From the IMG/VR virus record IMGVR_UViG_3300032320_001415, positions 1 to 40,722 of that record: DNA of 40,722 bases; one strand, given 5' to 3'. The position numbers were made by a program, and so were the translations under genes. This stretch comes from a virus. Lineage: Duplodnaviria > Caudoviricetes. This document shows positions 18,638-28,869 of the stretch, piece after piece. Each line of letters starts with the position of its first letter. Positions within the stretch are counted from its first letter, which is position 1. The notes beneath the pieces were generated by a model. It was given only the letters and a program-made list of their open reading frames with translations, had not been told where the DNA came from and made no database searches.

Positions 18638-19054
18638 ATGCCGCTGAAATCACCAGAGGCTGCCGTTCGCAGCCGTCTCGTCGCGACAGCCGGGGTCACC
18701 GCCCTCATCGGTACCCGCATCTATCCCGTCATTGCACCGGCCACGGCGGCCCTGCCGTTCGTGACGTGGCGTCGTGTGGCGGTCGAGCGAGCACAGTCCC
18801 TCAAGGGACCGATCGGCACGCCGACAGTAAGCCTCTCGGTCGACATCTTCGCAGAGACCTACGAATCCGCGAGAGATATTGCAGACCAGTGCAGGCAATC
18901 TCTGGATGGCTGGGGGGGCACATTGGAAAATGTGACTGTGGCGCGTGTGTCGCTCGAAAACGAGAGCGACGGATTCGCCCAGTTGGCCGGCGGCGACCTC
19001 CCGCCGGTTTACACAGTGCAACAAATCTACGGCATCCTCTGGCAGGAGAGTTGA
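18638..19054 (+). CDS. Tail completion/terminator protein (DUF3168-like)
   Basis: TRIYPVIAP...LPFVTW; VDIFAETY; position before tail tube. Confidence 0.8.
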   Translation: MPLKSPEAAVRSRLVATAGVTALIGTRIYPVIAPATAALPFVTWRRVAVERAQSLKGPIGTPTVSLSVDIFAETYESARDIADQCRQSLDGWGGTLENVTVARVSLENESDGFAQLAGGDLPPVYTVQQIYGILWQES

Positions 19055-19056
19055 AC

Positions 19057-19440
19057 ATGGCAGTCACGCCTCATGACGGTGCGGGTACAGTGTTCACGTT
19101 CGGCAGCACGGCCTTCACCGTCACCAGCATCGTCTACAACCTGGCCGATCCGGCGACCGATCAGACGATCGACGTCTCCCACCTCGGCCTGACTGCTGGC
19201 AACGCAATCCTGACGCAGACCAAGCCTCTCCTGGGCTCAGCGACTGACACGGGCCGCGAGATCGTGATTGAGTACCTGGGCAAGAGCGTCGTGGCCGACG
19301 CCTCCAGTGCGGCTCTGGTAATCACTCATGCGGGCGTCTCTTTTCTTTCCGCGAACGCCACGGTTGCCAGCTCGTCTGTCACGTTCGCTACGAACGACGT
19401 TGTCAAGGGCCAGGCGACTTTCAAGGTTGCTCGCTCGTAG
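19057..19440 (+). CDS. Tail tube protein
   Basis: IDVSHL motif; beta-rich; position after tail terminator. Confidence 0.65.
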   Translation: MAVTPHDGAGTVFTFGSTAFTVTSIVYNLADPATDQTIDVSHLGLTAGNAILTQTKPLLGSATDTGREIVIEYLGKSVVADASSAALVITHAGVSFLSANATVASSSVTFATNDVVKGQATFKVARS

Positions 19441-19462
19441 TCCGTGACGGAGGCATCCCGTC

Positions 19463-19795
19463 ATGGCTGTCTATGCTGCCGGCGTGACCGTGACGTGGAA
19501 CAGCGTTGCGTTCACTGAGGTCACTGACTTCAAGGTCACGCTCGGCGGCAATCTGCCGATCTCGCGTGAAGCTCCAGCCGGCAGTGCGTTCGCGCTTGAC
19601 CTGGGCACTATAGAGATAGCGTGCCTCGGGACGCACAACTGTAGCGTTGCCAATTACGGCAAGCGTGCCACGTTTGAAGTCTCGGGGCCAGGCGTCGTGT
19701 TCACTCACAAGGCGTTCTTCGAGCGACTCGTCGTCGAGAAGAAGCTCAATGATGTGCAACGACACACGGTGACGCTGCGATTGGCACCCATCTAG
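19463..19795 (+). CDS. Second tail-tube-like protein
   Basis: Similar N-terminus (MAV..G.T.T) and size to the preceding gene. Confidence 0.5.
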   Translation: MAVYAAGVTVTWNSVAFTEVTDFKVTLGGNLPISREAPAGSAFALDLGTIEIACLGTHNCSVANYGKRATFEVSGPGVVFTHKAFFERLVVEKKLNDVQRHTVTLRLAPI

Positions 19796-19804
19796 GAGAC
19801 GAGC

Positions 19805-20149
19805 ATGGCACTGACGGCAGAGCAGATCCTGGCAAGCGACGACCTCGGGCTCAAGAAGGTCACCGTCCGCGAGTGGGGCGGCGACGTCTACATCCGCGTG
19901 ATGAGCGTCGGCGAGCGTGATTCCTACGAGCGGCTGTGGATGGGCAAGAGAGACACTGGTGTGGAGAACTTCCGCACCGAGTATCTCGCTCGCGTGCTCT
20001 GCACCGAGAAGGGCGAGCTGCTCTTCACCCGCGAGCAGGTCGCGTCACTGGCTAACAAGAGTGGAGCCGTCATGGGCAGACTCTTCGACGAGGCGCTCCA
20101 ACACAACAACATGACGGAGGCGGACGTCGAGCAGCTGGGGAAAACCTGA
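19805..20149 (+). CDS. Tail assembly chaperone (gpG-like)
   Basis: LTAEQIL..DD, EWGGDVYIRVM...ERD; ends at slippery GGGGAAAAC. Confidence 0.85.
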   Translation: MALTAEQILASDDLGLKKVTVREWGGDVYIRVMSVGERDSYERLWMGKRDTGVENFRTEYLARVLCTEKGELLFTREQVASLANKSGAVMGRLFDEALQHNNMTEADVEQLGKT

Positions 20150-20454
20150 GTGTCTCGCCGACGCGGAGGTTCATCTTCGCTTTGGCGGGGCACTTGAAGA
20201 TGACGGTCGGCGAACTGTGCGTGCGGATGGATTCTCGCGAGTTGTCCGAGTGGATGGCTTACACGCGGTACTTCCAGGCGTTGCCAGATCCGTGGAGACA
20301 GACAGGGCTCGAGGTGAGTGCGATCCTGGCACCGTATTCGGCACGGGGGCAGGCACCGTCCGCAGAGGACTTCAACCCGATTGAGCATCCGCCGCAGCAT
20401 GAGGATCAGATGCTCGCACAGATCAAGATGCTACAGTCGGCGCTAGGTGGCTGA
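20137..20454 (+). CDS. -1 frameshift extension of the tail chaperone (gpGT-like)
   Basis: The -1 frame is open from GGGGAAAAC (20137-20145): NLSVSPTRRFIFALAGHLKMTVGEL...ELSEWMAY. Confidence 0.75.
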   Translation, partial: GENLSVSPTRRFIFALAGHLKMTVGELCVRMDSRELSEWMAYTRYFQALPDPWRQTGLEVSAILAPYSARGQAPSAEDFNPIEHPPQHEDQMLAQIKMLQSALGG

Positions 20455-20456
20455 AC

Positions 20457-23400
20457 ATGGCGAACATTCTCGGACTCGCGCTCAAGGTTAGCGGCGACGC
20501 CAGCGGGCTGGCGAAGTCACTCACGCCTGTCGATCGTGCGCTCGACAATCTCGGCAAGCAGGCCGAGAAGGCCACGGCTGTGTTTCAGCCGTTCGCCGAC
20601 AAGACGGCGGCTGCGGGCAAGGCTCAGGAGGAGTTCGCGGCGAAATTCGAAACGCTCGCAGGCCAGCTTCGCGAAAATGTCATCGCGCCTCAGGAGTACG
20701 CGGCTGCATTCGGGCAGTTGACCGAAGAGGCGAATGCTGCCGCAAAAGCATTTGAAGAGGGTCTTCGCATCACCGAGCAGGTGCGGACGGCCGAGGAGCG
20801 ACGCGCAGACGAGCTAGAGAAGATTGAAAACCTTCTTGCGCAGGGGGCAATCTCTGAGGAGACGGCTGGGCGAGCTAGGGACAGAATCACCGGAGCGAGC
20901 GAGGCGGCGGCAGCTGCGGAGCAGGAGTTTGCTAGGGCTAAGGAGCAAGCTGCCCGCATAATTGAGGCAAACCTCTCATCTACCGAGCGAGCCCAAAAGC
21001 AATACGATGCCGCCGTCGCAGCAGCTCAAGAGCTTGAGCAGCGCGGCCTGCTCACGAAGGAACAATTGAACGCGGAGATCCAACGCCAGGCCGGGCTCTT
21101 CGCCAAGGCTGCTGTGGCCTCGGCACAGTACGGCGGCGAAGTGGACAAGGCCGGGGATTCCGGCCTCAAGTTCAACGAACTCTCTGGCATTCTCGGCCTG
21201 CTACCAGGGCAGATCGGCGGCGTCGCTTCGCGGCTCAGTGCGTTCGCCTCGGCGGGCGATGGCATCCAGAAGCTCTTTGCGGGTGGCGTGACGAACGCGA
21301 TGACGGGCCTGGCCGGCTCACTGACGAGCCTCGCCAACCCGTTCACGCTGGCGGCTGCGGGAATCGCCGGGCTTGGCACGGCAGCATCGGCCGTGGTGTC
21401 TGGGCTGTCAAACCTTGAAGACCGCGTTGAGAAGCTAGGGAACACAGCAGACAAGCTCGGCGTTTCGTTTGAGTTTATCCAGACGCTTGAAGAAGCAGCA
21501 AACCGCAGCGGCACAAGCATCGACGCGGTGAGTGCTGCGTTTGGTCGGCTTCAAAAGAGTGTTCTCGGCGTAGACGAGGAGAGCAAAGCAGCACAAAAAG
21601 CACTGCAAGAAATCGGAGTGACGTCCGAGGAGTTGGCGGCACTGAATCCAGAGGAGCAATACCGGCTGATTGGCGAGCAGCTGCGGTCAATAGAAGACCC
21701 CGCCAAACGCACAGCGACAGCCGTGGCACTGTTCGGGAAAGCTGGATCGGAACTGATTCCTTTCTTCAACAACATCGCCGGTGCGGCGACTGACGTAGAG
21801 CGATTCAACGCTCGCCTGAGCAGTATCGACCGCGCAAGAATCGACGGGCTCGGCGCGTCTTTTGACGCGGTTCGCGTGTCGCTTTCTGGCGTTGGCAACG
21901 AACTACTCACTCCGTTCATCGGGATCACGCAAAGCCTGAGCGACGGCCTGGCTTCAGCGATTGCGACGTTCAGCAGAAACATCGGTGCGCTCCTCGACAT
22001 ATTCTCGCCGCTCACCAGTGCTGTCGGTTTGGCGGGCAATGTGTTCCTTCAGTTTGGATCGACGCTTGGCAATCTGATCGGCACTGTGCTAGAGCCTTTC
22101 GCTGCCACCGGCCGAATCATGAGTTCCGCCATTGACCTCATTAGCCAGGCAGTGACCGGAATTGCCGGCCGCGTGAACGATGCCATCATTGGCTTTCGCG
22201 AGTTCTTCAAGTTTGAAGGAGTCGCCGCCCAGTTTTCGCAGGCATTCAATGCCATCGGCGAGTCTTTTTCCCGCATCGGCGTGATCATTGCTCGGTTTGC
22301 GGAGGTGGCTGGGGAAGCAATCGGTCGCGTAGCAACAGTCATCGGAAATGGAGTGTCGCAGTTTCTCGAGTTCACAGGGCTTGGCAGCGTACTGTCAGCG
22401 TTTGCTGACGGAGTCGTGGCTGCGTTTAACGGATTGTGGGATGGCATCAAGCTCGTTGTTGGCCAAGTGGGCGGGTTCATCGAGCAGGTACTTCAGTTTG
22501 CTGAAGATTGGCTGGGCATCGTCCCGGAGATTGAGCGGCCCGTTCAAGCCACTGTTGAAGTCAACGGTGGCGGGGCTATTGAGGAACTGCTCGCGACAAG
22601 CAAAGACTTCAAAAAAACGCTTGATGACATTACGGGCAGTGTCGGGAATGCCATCGACGAATCATCGAAGTTCGGACAGGCTGGCTTCGACGCAGCCTTT
22701 CGCTACCAAGAGTCGATCGACGATTTGAAGGAGAAGCTCGACGCCGGCCTATTCAATGAAGAAACATTCCGCCGTGAGGCCGAGAGGGCTGGCGATGCGT
22801 TCAAGGCCGAGCTTGCCCGCATTGAGGAAGACGCAAAGCTCGACATTCAAATCTCTGAAGAGACACAGAATACGCTCGACGAACTGCAGCAGAAGATCAA
22901 CAAGGTGGCAGACGATTCAACGAAGTTCGGTCAAGCTGGATTTGATGCTGCCGCTCAGTTTCAGCAGAAGCTGCGTGACCTTGGGCAGCAGTTTGAAGAC
23001 GGTCGCATCAACGCCACAACGCTTGCGGATGAAACAACCAAGGCGACTAAGGAATACGACAAGCAGATCGAAGGCTTCAAGAAGATCGAGGAGTTGCAGC
23101 AGTCAATCGTCAAGGCTGACCAAGACCGTGTAAATGCGCTTCTCGCCCAGAACAACACGACCACGGAGCTGGAGAAGAATCAGGCGGCGGTGCAGCGAGA
23201 GCAGTTGCGGCTTGAAGAAGAAATTCGCAAGCAGCGAGAGGCCGGAAACGTAATCGCAGCGGACGCCGCCGCATCGCGGCTCGCCCAGGTTGACCAAGAG
23301 GCCGCTAAACTCGCCGACCTCCAGAAAGCTGCCGGCCAAGGCTTCGGCGACGGGTTCACGAAAGCCTTTGACGCCACGAGCAAGAGCGTCTCGGACCTCA

Positions 23401-24227
23401 TAGCAAAGACGCAGGATTTCGGGCGCGTTGGTGCCATTGCTGCAGAAGGGCTTCGCGATGGCGTTGCGGCAGCACAGTCGCAAGCCCGGAACGGCATCCT
23501 GACCAAAGAGTCATACGACCGAGAAGTCGCGCGGCAGCAGGACATCTTCAACCAGCGGTTGCAAGGTGCGCAGCGTGTCGAGCAGTACCTGCAGTCACAG
23601 CTGGACGAGCGTCAGCGAACCGAGTTGCAGTACGCAACGCAATTGGAGGCACGGAAAACAGAAGCGATTCAGAACGTCAAGGCTATTGAGGACCGTATCA
23701 AGGCAGAGGAGGCAGAAGTCGAGAGTGCCCGCGAAAAGGGAGACCTCAGATCCGCCAAGGCCGGCACGCAGCGAATAAGGCAGTTGAGGCAGGCGGCGGC
23801 CATCGAAAAGCAAATCTCGTCAGCGCGATCTCCGCAGCAGAACGGCCAGTTCGGCGGCGGCGGCGGCCTGCGGAACGCGGCTGGTTTTGGCCGGAACATC
23901 ACCAACGCCGAGGCAGAGCAGCAGCAGCAGGTCGCCCGATCACAGCGGCAGGCGCTGCAGTCCGTGAACAACGCACTCGCCTCCGTCGCCCTCGCGAATG
24001 CAGAGATGGCACGCCGTGCGGAATTGTCCCGTCCTGTGCAGGGGACTGTGCAGACCGCCGACATACGCACGGCAGAGGGAGCGGCGCTCGTGCTCGGGCT
24101 CGGCGCGACGGCTCAAGACCCGAGGCTCATCGAGGCGCGACTGCAGACCAAGCAGCTGGGGCTCATTCGGCAGGCGATCGTCGGCGCGACCGCCGGATAC
24201 CGAAACACACCCGCAGAGATTTTCTGA
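20457..24227 (+). CDS. Tape measure protein
   Basis: 1256 aa, helical and Ala-rich, directly after the chaperones; internal KFGQAGFDAA repeat. Confidence 0.92.
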   Translation: MANILGLALKVSGDASGLAKSLTPVDRALDNLGKQAEKATAVFQPFADKTAAAGKAQEEFAAKFETLAGQLRENVIAPQEYAAAFGQLTEEANAAAKAFEEGLRITEQVRTAEERRADELEKIENLLAQGAISEETAGRARDRITGASEAAAAAEQEFARAKEQAARIIEANLSSTERAQKQYDAAVAAAQELEQRGLLTKEQLNAEIQRQAGLFAKAAVASAQYGGEVDKAGDSGLKFNELSGILGLLPGQIGGVASRLSAFASAGDGIQKLFAGGVTNAMTGLAGSLTSLANPFTLAAAGIAGLGTAASAVVSGLSNLEDRVEKLGNTADKLGVSFEFIQTLEEAANRSGTSIDAVSAAFGRLQKSVLGVDEESKAAQKALQEIGVTSEELAALNPEEQYRLIGEQLRSIEDPAKRTATAVALFGKAGSELIPFFNNIAGAATDVERFNARLSSIDRARIDGLGASFDAVRVSLSGVGNELLTPFIGITQSLSDGLASAIATFSRNIGALLDIFSPLTSAVGLAGNVFLQFGSTLGNLIGTVLEPFAATGRIMSSAIDLISQAVTGIAGRVNDAIIGFREFFKFEGVAAQFSQAFNAIGESFSRIGVIIARFAEVAGEAIGRVATVIGNGVSQFLEFTGLGSVLSAFADGVVAAFNGLWDGIKLVVGQVGGFIEQVLQFAEDWLGIVPEIERPVQATVEVNGGGAIEELLATSKDFKKTLDDITGSVGNAIDESSKFGQAGFDAAFRYQESIDDLKEKLDAGLFNEETFRREAERAGDAFKAELARIEEDAKLDIQISEETQNTLDELQQKINKVADDSTKFGQAGFDAAAQFQQKLRDLGQQFEDGRINATTLADETTKATKEYDKQIEGFKKIEELQQSIVKADQDRVNALLAQNNTTTELEKNQAAVQREQLRLEEEIRKQREAGNVIAADAAASRLAQVDQEAAKLADLQKAAGQGFGDGFTKAFDATSKSVSDLIAKTQDFGRVGAIAAEGLRDGVAAAQSQARNGILTKESYDREVARQQDIFNQRLQGAQRVEQYLQSQLDERQRTELQYATQLEARKTEAIQNVKAIEDRIKAEEAEVESAREKGDLRSAKAGTQRIRQLRQAAAIEKQISSARSPQQNGQFGGGGGLRNAAGFGRNITNAEAEQQQQVARSQRQALQSVNNALASVALANAEMARRAELSRPVQGTVQTADIRTAEGAALVLGLGATAQDPRLIEARLQTKQLGLIRQAIVGATAGYRNTPAEIF

Positions 24228-25099
24228 TGTCAGTCGTGAGCTTTCGCGAACTTGGTCGCACCATCGAGGGCGCTATCGGCGAGTCCACCGTGGCGAAGCG
24301 CCGCTTCGTCGTGATCCTTGACGACGAGGCGACCGTCAGCCCCACGGCAAACCTCGACGTTGTCGCTGCCGTGGGAGGCGGGCTGTGGGGTGCGGAGCAC
24401 CCGGAGTTCAACTTTTTGAAGCTCCGCAAGATCGTGATGAACGAGACGTTCGGCGACAACCCGTATCACGTCGAGGTCACGCTTGAGTATGCAGTCCTCA
24501 CGACCAATCAAGCACGCTCCCCGCTCGATCGAATCCCAGAGTGGTCGTTCGAGCCCGTCTCGGGCGAGCAGGTGCCGGCGTTGTTTTATTACGACGGCGA
24601 CACGCAGCGACCGCTCACGAACTCTGCCTACGACTACTTCGAGGGGCTGACCGTTGAGGAGTCGCTGACCAGGGTGACCATCAAGCAGAATTTCCTACTC
24701 AGGCCGTCGGCGATCATCAACTCATTTGGATACGTCAACAGCGACGGCTTCTCCGGGGCTTCTCCCTACCAGTGCAAGCACGAGGGCTCCAAGGTCGAGC
24801 GAACAGAGGAGCTGTGGGGGAACGTCGTGTTCCCGTATTGGAAGGTCGAGTCTCAGATCCTCTTCCGCCCGACCGGCTGGAATCTGCTCCTGCCAGATGT
24901 CGGTTGGAACTACATCGCGAGCGGCCAGAAGCGGCGGGCGATGGTGTTCGACTTTCAGAATGGCGAGTGGGTGCCGAGCCCCAACCCTGTCGGCCTGAAC
25001 GGCGAAGGCGGGCAGACGGGCGGCGCACCCGCCGTACTCAATCGTCGGGTCATGCCAGAGGCGTCGTTTTCGTCCTTGTTTGGCTCGCCGCCCGCCTAA
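24227..25099 (+). CDS. Putative tail tip/baseplate protein
   Basis: Coupled directly after tape measure. Confidence 0.6.
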   Translation: MSVVSFRELGRTIEGAIGESTVAKRRFVVILDDEATVSPTANLDVVAAVGGGLWGAEHPEFNFLKLRKIVMNETFGDNPYHVEVTLEYAVLTTNQARSPLDRIPEWSFEPVSGEQVPALFYYDGDTQRPLTNSAYDYFEGLTVEESLTRVTIKQNFLLRPSAIINSFGYVNSDGFSGASPYQCKHEGSKVERTEELWGNVVFPYWKVESQILFRPTGWNLLLPDVGWNYIASGQKRRAMVFDFQNGEWVPSPNPVGLNGEGGQTGGAPAVLNRRVMPEASFSSLFGSPPA

Positions 25100-25143
25100 A
25101 CGTCTTCTGCAAGATGAGCCCCCGTGAGGCGTAAAACAGAATC

Positions 25144-25524
25144 ATGGCAGACACGAACTACGAACAGTTGCCGGCCGAATTGGGTCTCCGCTTCATCAAG
25201 GGGGACGAGTTCGGCATGGTCATTTCGATGGACGGAACGAACCTCACGGGCCACGCATACGACAGTCGCATCTACTCACTCACGAGCGTCGCTGCTGGGG
25301 GCGGGCTCGGAGCGGGCGTGACCGTGGCTGCCGGCGGCACGGTGGTGGCATTCACGATCACGCCGGTCAACCTCACGGCCGGCCAGGTCAACGTCTCGCT
25401 CTCCGAGGTGCAGACGGACCAGCTGGCAGCGACGGGCCGGTATCGCTGGTGGTTCAAGACCATAACGCCTGGCAACGTGACGCGGACCTATCTGGCAGGT
25501 GACGTGAGCGTGAGGGTTCCCTGA
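25144..25524 (+). CDS. Ig-like fibre-adaptor protein; paralog of 4690..5013
   Basis: YEQLPAEL, AGQVNVSL..QT, YRW, RTYLAG. Confidence 0.7.
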   Translation: MADTNYEQLPAELGLRFIKGDEFGMVISMDGTNLTGHAYDSRIYSLTSVAAGGGLGAGVTVAAGGTVVAFTITPVNLTAGQVNVSLSEVQTDQLAATGRYRWWFKTITPGNVTRTYLAGDVSVRVP

Positions 25525-27080
25525 TGGCCATCAACGTCTCGATTCTTGGCGAGACGGGCGTCAGTGTCTCCGTCAGCGGCAACACTGGTATCTCCGTGGT
25601 CGCCAGCGGCGGCATCGGACCCGCTGGATTCCTGACCGTGCCAGGCACGGCGACGAATGCGTTCGGGACTTTCCAGCTCGTGCCCGGCCCTGGCATCACG
25701 GTCAGCACGACGAGCGGACAGTTCACCATTGCGAGCTACGACACGGCGGTCGTGGCGGGTTTCTCCCCGGTGCAGTCCGTGGCCGGGAGAGTCGGGGCGA
25801 TTGTCCTCCAGGCGAGCGACGTCACGGCTGGCACGTTCGCAATTGCTCGCATCCCGACGATCTCGTACACGGCCCTGAGCAGCGTTCCGACGACGTTTGC
25901 ACCGTCTGCTCACACGCACAGCACGACGGACGTGGTGGCATTCACGGCGGCTGCGTCTGCCGCAGCACCCGTGCAGGCGGTGCAGTCGAGGACGGGGGCC
26001 GTCGTCATCACACGGGCAGACCTCACTGCTGCCGCGGAGGTGCACACGCACTCGACCAGCGACATCGTGGGGCTGACAGCGTCGTTCTCTCAGACAGGTC
26101 ACACGCACGCGGCAAGCGTGATTCAGAGCGGGACACTCGACATCGCACGCATCCCGACCATCGGGTACACGGCCCTGTCTGGCGTGCCATCGTCGTTTTC
26201 CCCCTCGGCACATACGCACTCCACGACCGACATCGTGTCGTTCACTGCGGCGGCATCGGCTGCTGCCCCTGTGCAGGCCGTGGCGGGCCGCACGGGGGCA
26301 ATCAGCCTGGCCGCGGCCGACGTCTCGGGTCTGGCGAGCGTGGCCACCAGCGGCTCCTACACGAGTCTAGGCAACGTGCCGGTGACGTTCGCACCGGCCA
26401 CACACACGCACTCCACCAGCGACATCTCCGGGTATGCCGGGCTGCCGCCACAGGCAGGCTACGCAGGGCCGCTGGTGACGGACGGCACGAGTGCGACGTG
26501 GACGAGTCGCTATTCCATCGTGAGTCCCGTGCTCGTGCAGGGTGCGGGCATGGCGTTCACCCGCGACACATCCGCCGGCTCCATCACGATTGCCTTCGCC
26601 GGCGGCACGTCCGGCCTGGCGGTTGGCTCGGCAACGCCGCAGCCGCTCGGCACGGCAGCGGCCGGTTCGTCTGCGAACGCCAGCCGCGAGGATCACGTCC
26701 ACAAGCTGCCGACGGTCGGGGACATCACCGCCGCTGCCGCGGTCCACAGCCATGCCGCAGGTGACATTCAGAGCGGCACGCTCGACTTCGCACGTCTGCC
26801 GTCTATCTCCTACACATCGCTGGCAAACGTGCCGGTGTCGTTCGTGCCGGCAACGCATACGCATGATGCTGCCAATATAACCACTGGCACGATCAGCGCT
26901 GCGAGGCTTCCCAGCTACGTCGCCAGCGTAAACGGGCTCACAGGCACGCTGACTATTGCAGCTGGTAGTAATGTGACGGTGAGCACCGCCGGCTCGACGA
27001 TCACGATTGCGTCGGGTGGTGGAAGCGGTGGCTCGGCCGCCCCGGCTGCACGCTCTCTGCATTTTGTCTTCCGTACTTGA
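25524..27080 (+). CDS. Tail fibre protein with HxH repeats
   Basis: Many HTH/HSH motifs; VQSVAGRVGAI-type repeats; duplicated ARIPTI.YTAL...SAHTHSTTD unit. Confidence 0.8.
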   Translation: MAINVSILGETGVSVSVSGNTGISVVASGGIGPAGFLTVPGTATNAFGTFQLVPGPGITVSTTSGQFTIASYDTAVVAGFSPVQSVAGRVGAIVLQASDVTAGTFAIARIPTISYTALSSVPTTFAPSAHTHSTTDVVAFTAAASAAAPVQAVQSRTGAVVITRADLTAAAEVHTHSTSDIVGLTASFSQTGHTHAASVIQSGTLDIARIPTIGYTALSGVPSSFSPSAHTHSTTDIVSFTAAASAAAPVQAVAGRTGAISLAAADVSGLASVATSGSYTSLGNVPVTFAPATHTHSTSDISGYAGLPPQAGYAGPLVTDGTSATWTSRYSIVSPVLVQGAGMAFTRDTSAGSITIAFAGGTSGLAVGSATPQPLGTAAAGSSANASREDHVHKLPTVGDITAAAAVHSHAAGDIQSGTLDFARLPSISYTSLANVPVSFVPATHTHDAANITTGTISAARLPSYVASVNGLTGTLTIAAGSNVTVSTAGSTITIASGGGSGGSAAPAARSLHFVFRT

Positions 27081-27088
27081 GGTGAACG

Positions 27089-27463
27089 ATGGCCGCTCCG
27101 AATGTTGCCGGGACTGCGACCGAGGTGTATCTGCGGACAGTGACGCTGCCCATCGGCACCGCCACCGGGTCGAGCGCAACGCTGGTGCTGGCCAACGGGT
27201 CCGCTAGTTCTGCCGTCCTCGAGATCAACTCGCTCACAGTGAACAACATCGACGGAGTGAACTCTGCCGACGTGAGCGTGCTGCGATTCGTCGGCACGAA
27301 CTCCACGCAGCTGTATACGACGATCTCGGTGCCGGCCGACGCCTCCCTCCGCGTGGTCGACGGCACGGCGAAGCTGGTGCTGCCCGAGGATCACACGATT
27401 CGCGTCTTCGCCAACGCTACCGGCGACCTGACGGTCGATGTGGCATACGTCGAGTACAAGTGA
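27089..27463 (+). CDS. Beta-rich virion protein of fibre module 2
   Basis: RBS GAGGTG; MAAPNV, NIDG, TISVPADASL motifs. Confidence 0.7.
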   Translation: MAAPNVAGTATEVYLRTVTLPIGTATGSSATLVLANGSASSAVLEINSLTVNNIDGVNSADVSVLRFVGTNSTQLYTTISVPADASLRVVDGTAKLVLPEDHTIRVFANATGDLTVDVAYVEYK

Positions 27464-27466
27464 CGC

Positions 27467-27928
27467 ATGGATCGAGTCTCATTCACGCCGCGCTCCGCAC
27501 AGCGCATCGCCCGCGTTGTCAGGGCTGTCGAGAACGCACGGCCGCCCGGCGTCGCGCTTGAGTTTCGCGCGCAGATCATCGAAGCGGATAAAAAGGTTTT
27601 TCGCGTCGCCACCTATACGGGTGCGTGGCCGATCGGCTCGGCGAAGACAGTCACGTTCAAGAATCAAACGAACACTCCAAATACTGTCAGCGCGACGAAT
27701 CTGTTTTTCCCCGTCACGTCGACTGCGGCAGGCAGCAGGGACTGCGCCGTCGCGAAGGACGGCACGGCGTGGTTTTTGATTGACGTCGTTCAGCAGACGA
27801 CGGCCGTGATTGTTCTCACGGGCGTGAGCCTCGGGACGGCTGGGCTGCAATTCACCCGAGCGTCCATCACTGTCGCCAGCACGGCGACGGAGAGCGTGTC
27901 GACCATTACTACGACGGCCTGCACATGA
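27467..27928 (+). CDS. Putative tail protein
   Basis: SAQRIARVVRAVE, GAW, KDGTAWFL; coupled to next gene. Confidence 0.6.
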   Translation: MDRVSFTPRSAQRIARVVRAVENARPPGVALEFRAQIIEADKKVFRVATYTGAWPIGSAKTVTFKNQTNTPNTVSATNLFFPVTSTAAGSRDCAVAKDGTAWFLIDVVQQTTAVIVLTGVSLGTAGLQFTRASITVASTATESVSTITTTACT

Positions 27929-28869
27929 CGCCAATCGCGACCAAGAACAACGCGATAATCCTTAAGGACGGCAAACTCGCCGAGAACTGCGGGTGCTGCA
28001 ATTGGTGCAAGGGTGCGCAGACCATTGAGGTGAGCATTTCCTCGCAGGACACAACGTCTAATTACAAGCAGGAGTTGCCAGAGCGGTTCGCGGCCGATTC
28101 CTCCTGCTGCCTGCAATCAAGCGACGAGCTTTTTACGTCCTATGTTTTTGCAGGCCAGCGGATGTCTGGAACATTTTCGCTGACAAAACTGGCGTCTCTA
28201 ACGCAATCACGGTTTTTTGGATCAGTTGATGCAGGCACGTGGTACTACTCGTTTTCGGATGATGACATAGCTTTTGAGATTGTGCTGTACCCCGTGAGCG
28301 GCACCATATCCGTCGCGGCAAATGGATGGCAGGCGTGGCACTACCAGCTGAACGAAAACAGTTGGTGTCAGCAACCAAATTCAACGCCGCCGTTCGACTG
28401 CCGATCTCCGACTTCTCACACTGCTAGGTATTATGGGGTCGGCGAACGGCAGGCAGCAATAAACGACAACTATACGCTGTCGTGCCCAAGCAGCTTCATT
28501 CAGCAATGCAGTAACGGAATCCCTAATCCGTGCTTTCACGGCCCGCAATCTGCCCAGACTCCGTCGGGAATATCTCGTAGGGGTCAGGCGCTTGCCGGGG
28601 CAACGGCATCGCTAGGTGCGTCTGCGTCGGCGGCACTGAACTGCAGCCAATCGTCAGGCAATTCGTTTGCGGTTGGGCAGTCTGCGACTGCTAGAGCGGC
28701 TGTTAAGACAGATTATTTGTGCGGAGTGCAAAACGAGAACTACTTGCCATTTGACCCGGTGTTGCAAGACGGTGCCCCACTTGTGTTCATCAGGTCAGGT
28801 GCATTCGGGCCGCCAAATTTTGGGGACTTGGCAAATGTATTCACAATTGACTCTGTGACTTACACATGA
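27925..28869 (+). CDS. Cys-rich variable protein, possible receptor-binding protein
   Basis: N-terminal KDGKLAENCGCC; visibly more AT-rich than its neighbours. Confidence 0.6.
   Translation: MTPIATKNNAIILKDGKLAENCGCCNWCKGAQTIEVSISSQDTTSNYKQELPERFAADSSCCLQSSDELFTSYVFAGQRMSGTFSLTKLASLTQSRFFGSVDAGTWYYSFSDDDIAFEIVLYPVSGTISVAANGWQAWHYQLNENSWCQQPNSTPPFDCRSPTSHTARYYGVGERQAAINDNYTLSCPSSFIQQCSNGIPNPCFHGPQSAQTPSGISRRGQALAGATASLGASASAALNCSQSSGNSFAVGQSATARAAVKTDYLCGVQNENYLPFDPVLQDGAPLVFIRSGAFGPPNFGDLANVFTIDSVTYT

Noticed and set aside
22650-23460. KFGQAGFDAA repeats in the tape measure
   Set aside because: Internal repeats are ordinary for tape measure proteins
25524-28869. Diversity-generating retroelement or invertible fibre cassette
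   Set aside because: No reverse transcriptase, invertase, TR/VR pair or flanking inverted repeats seen
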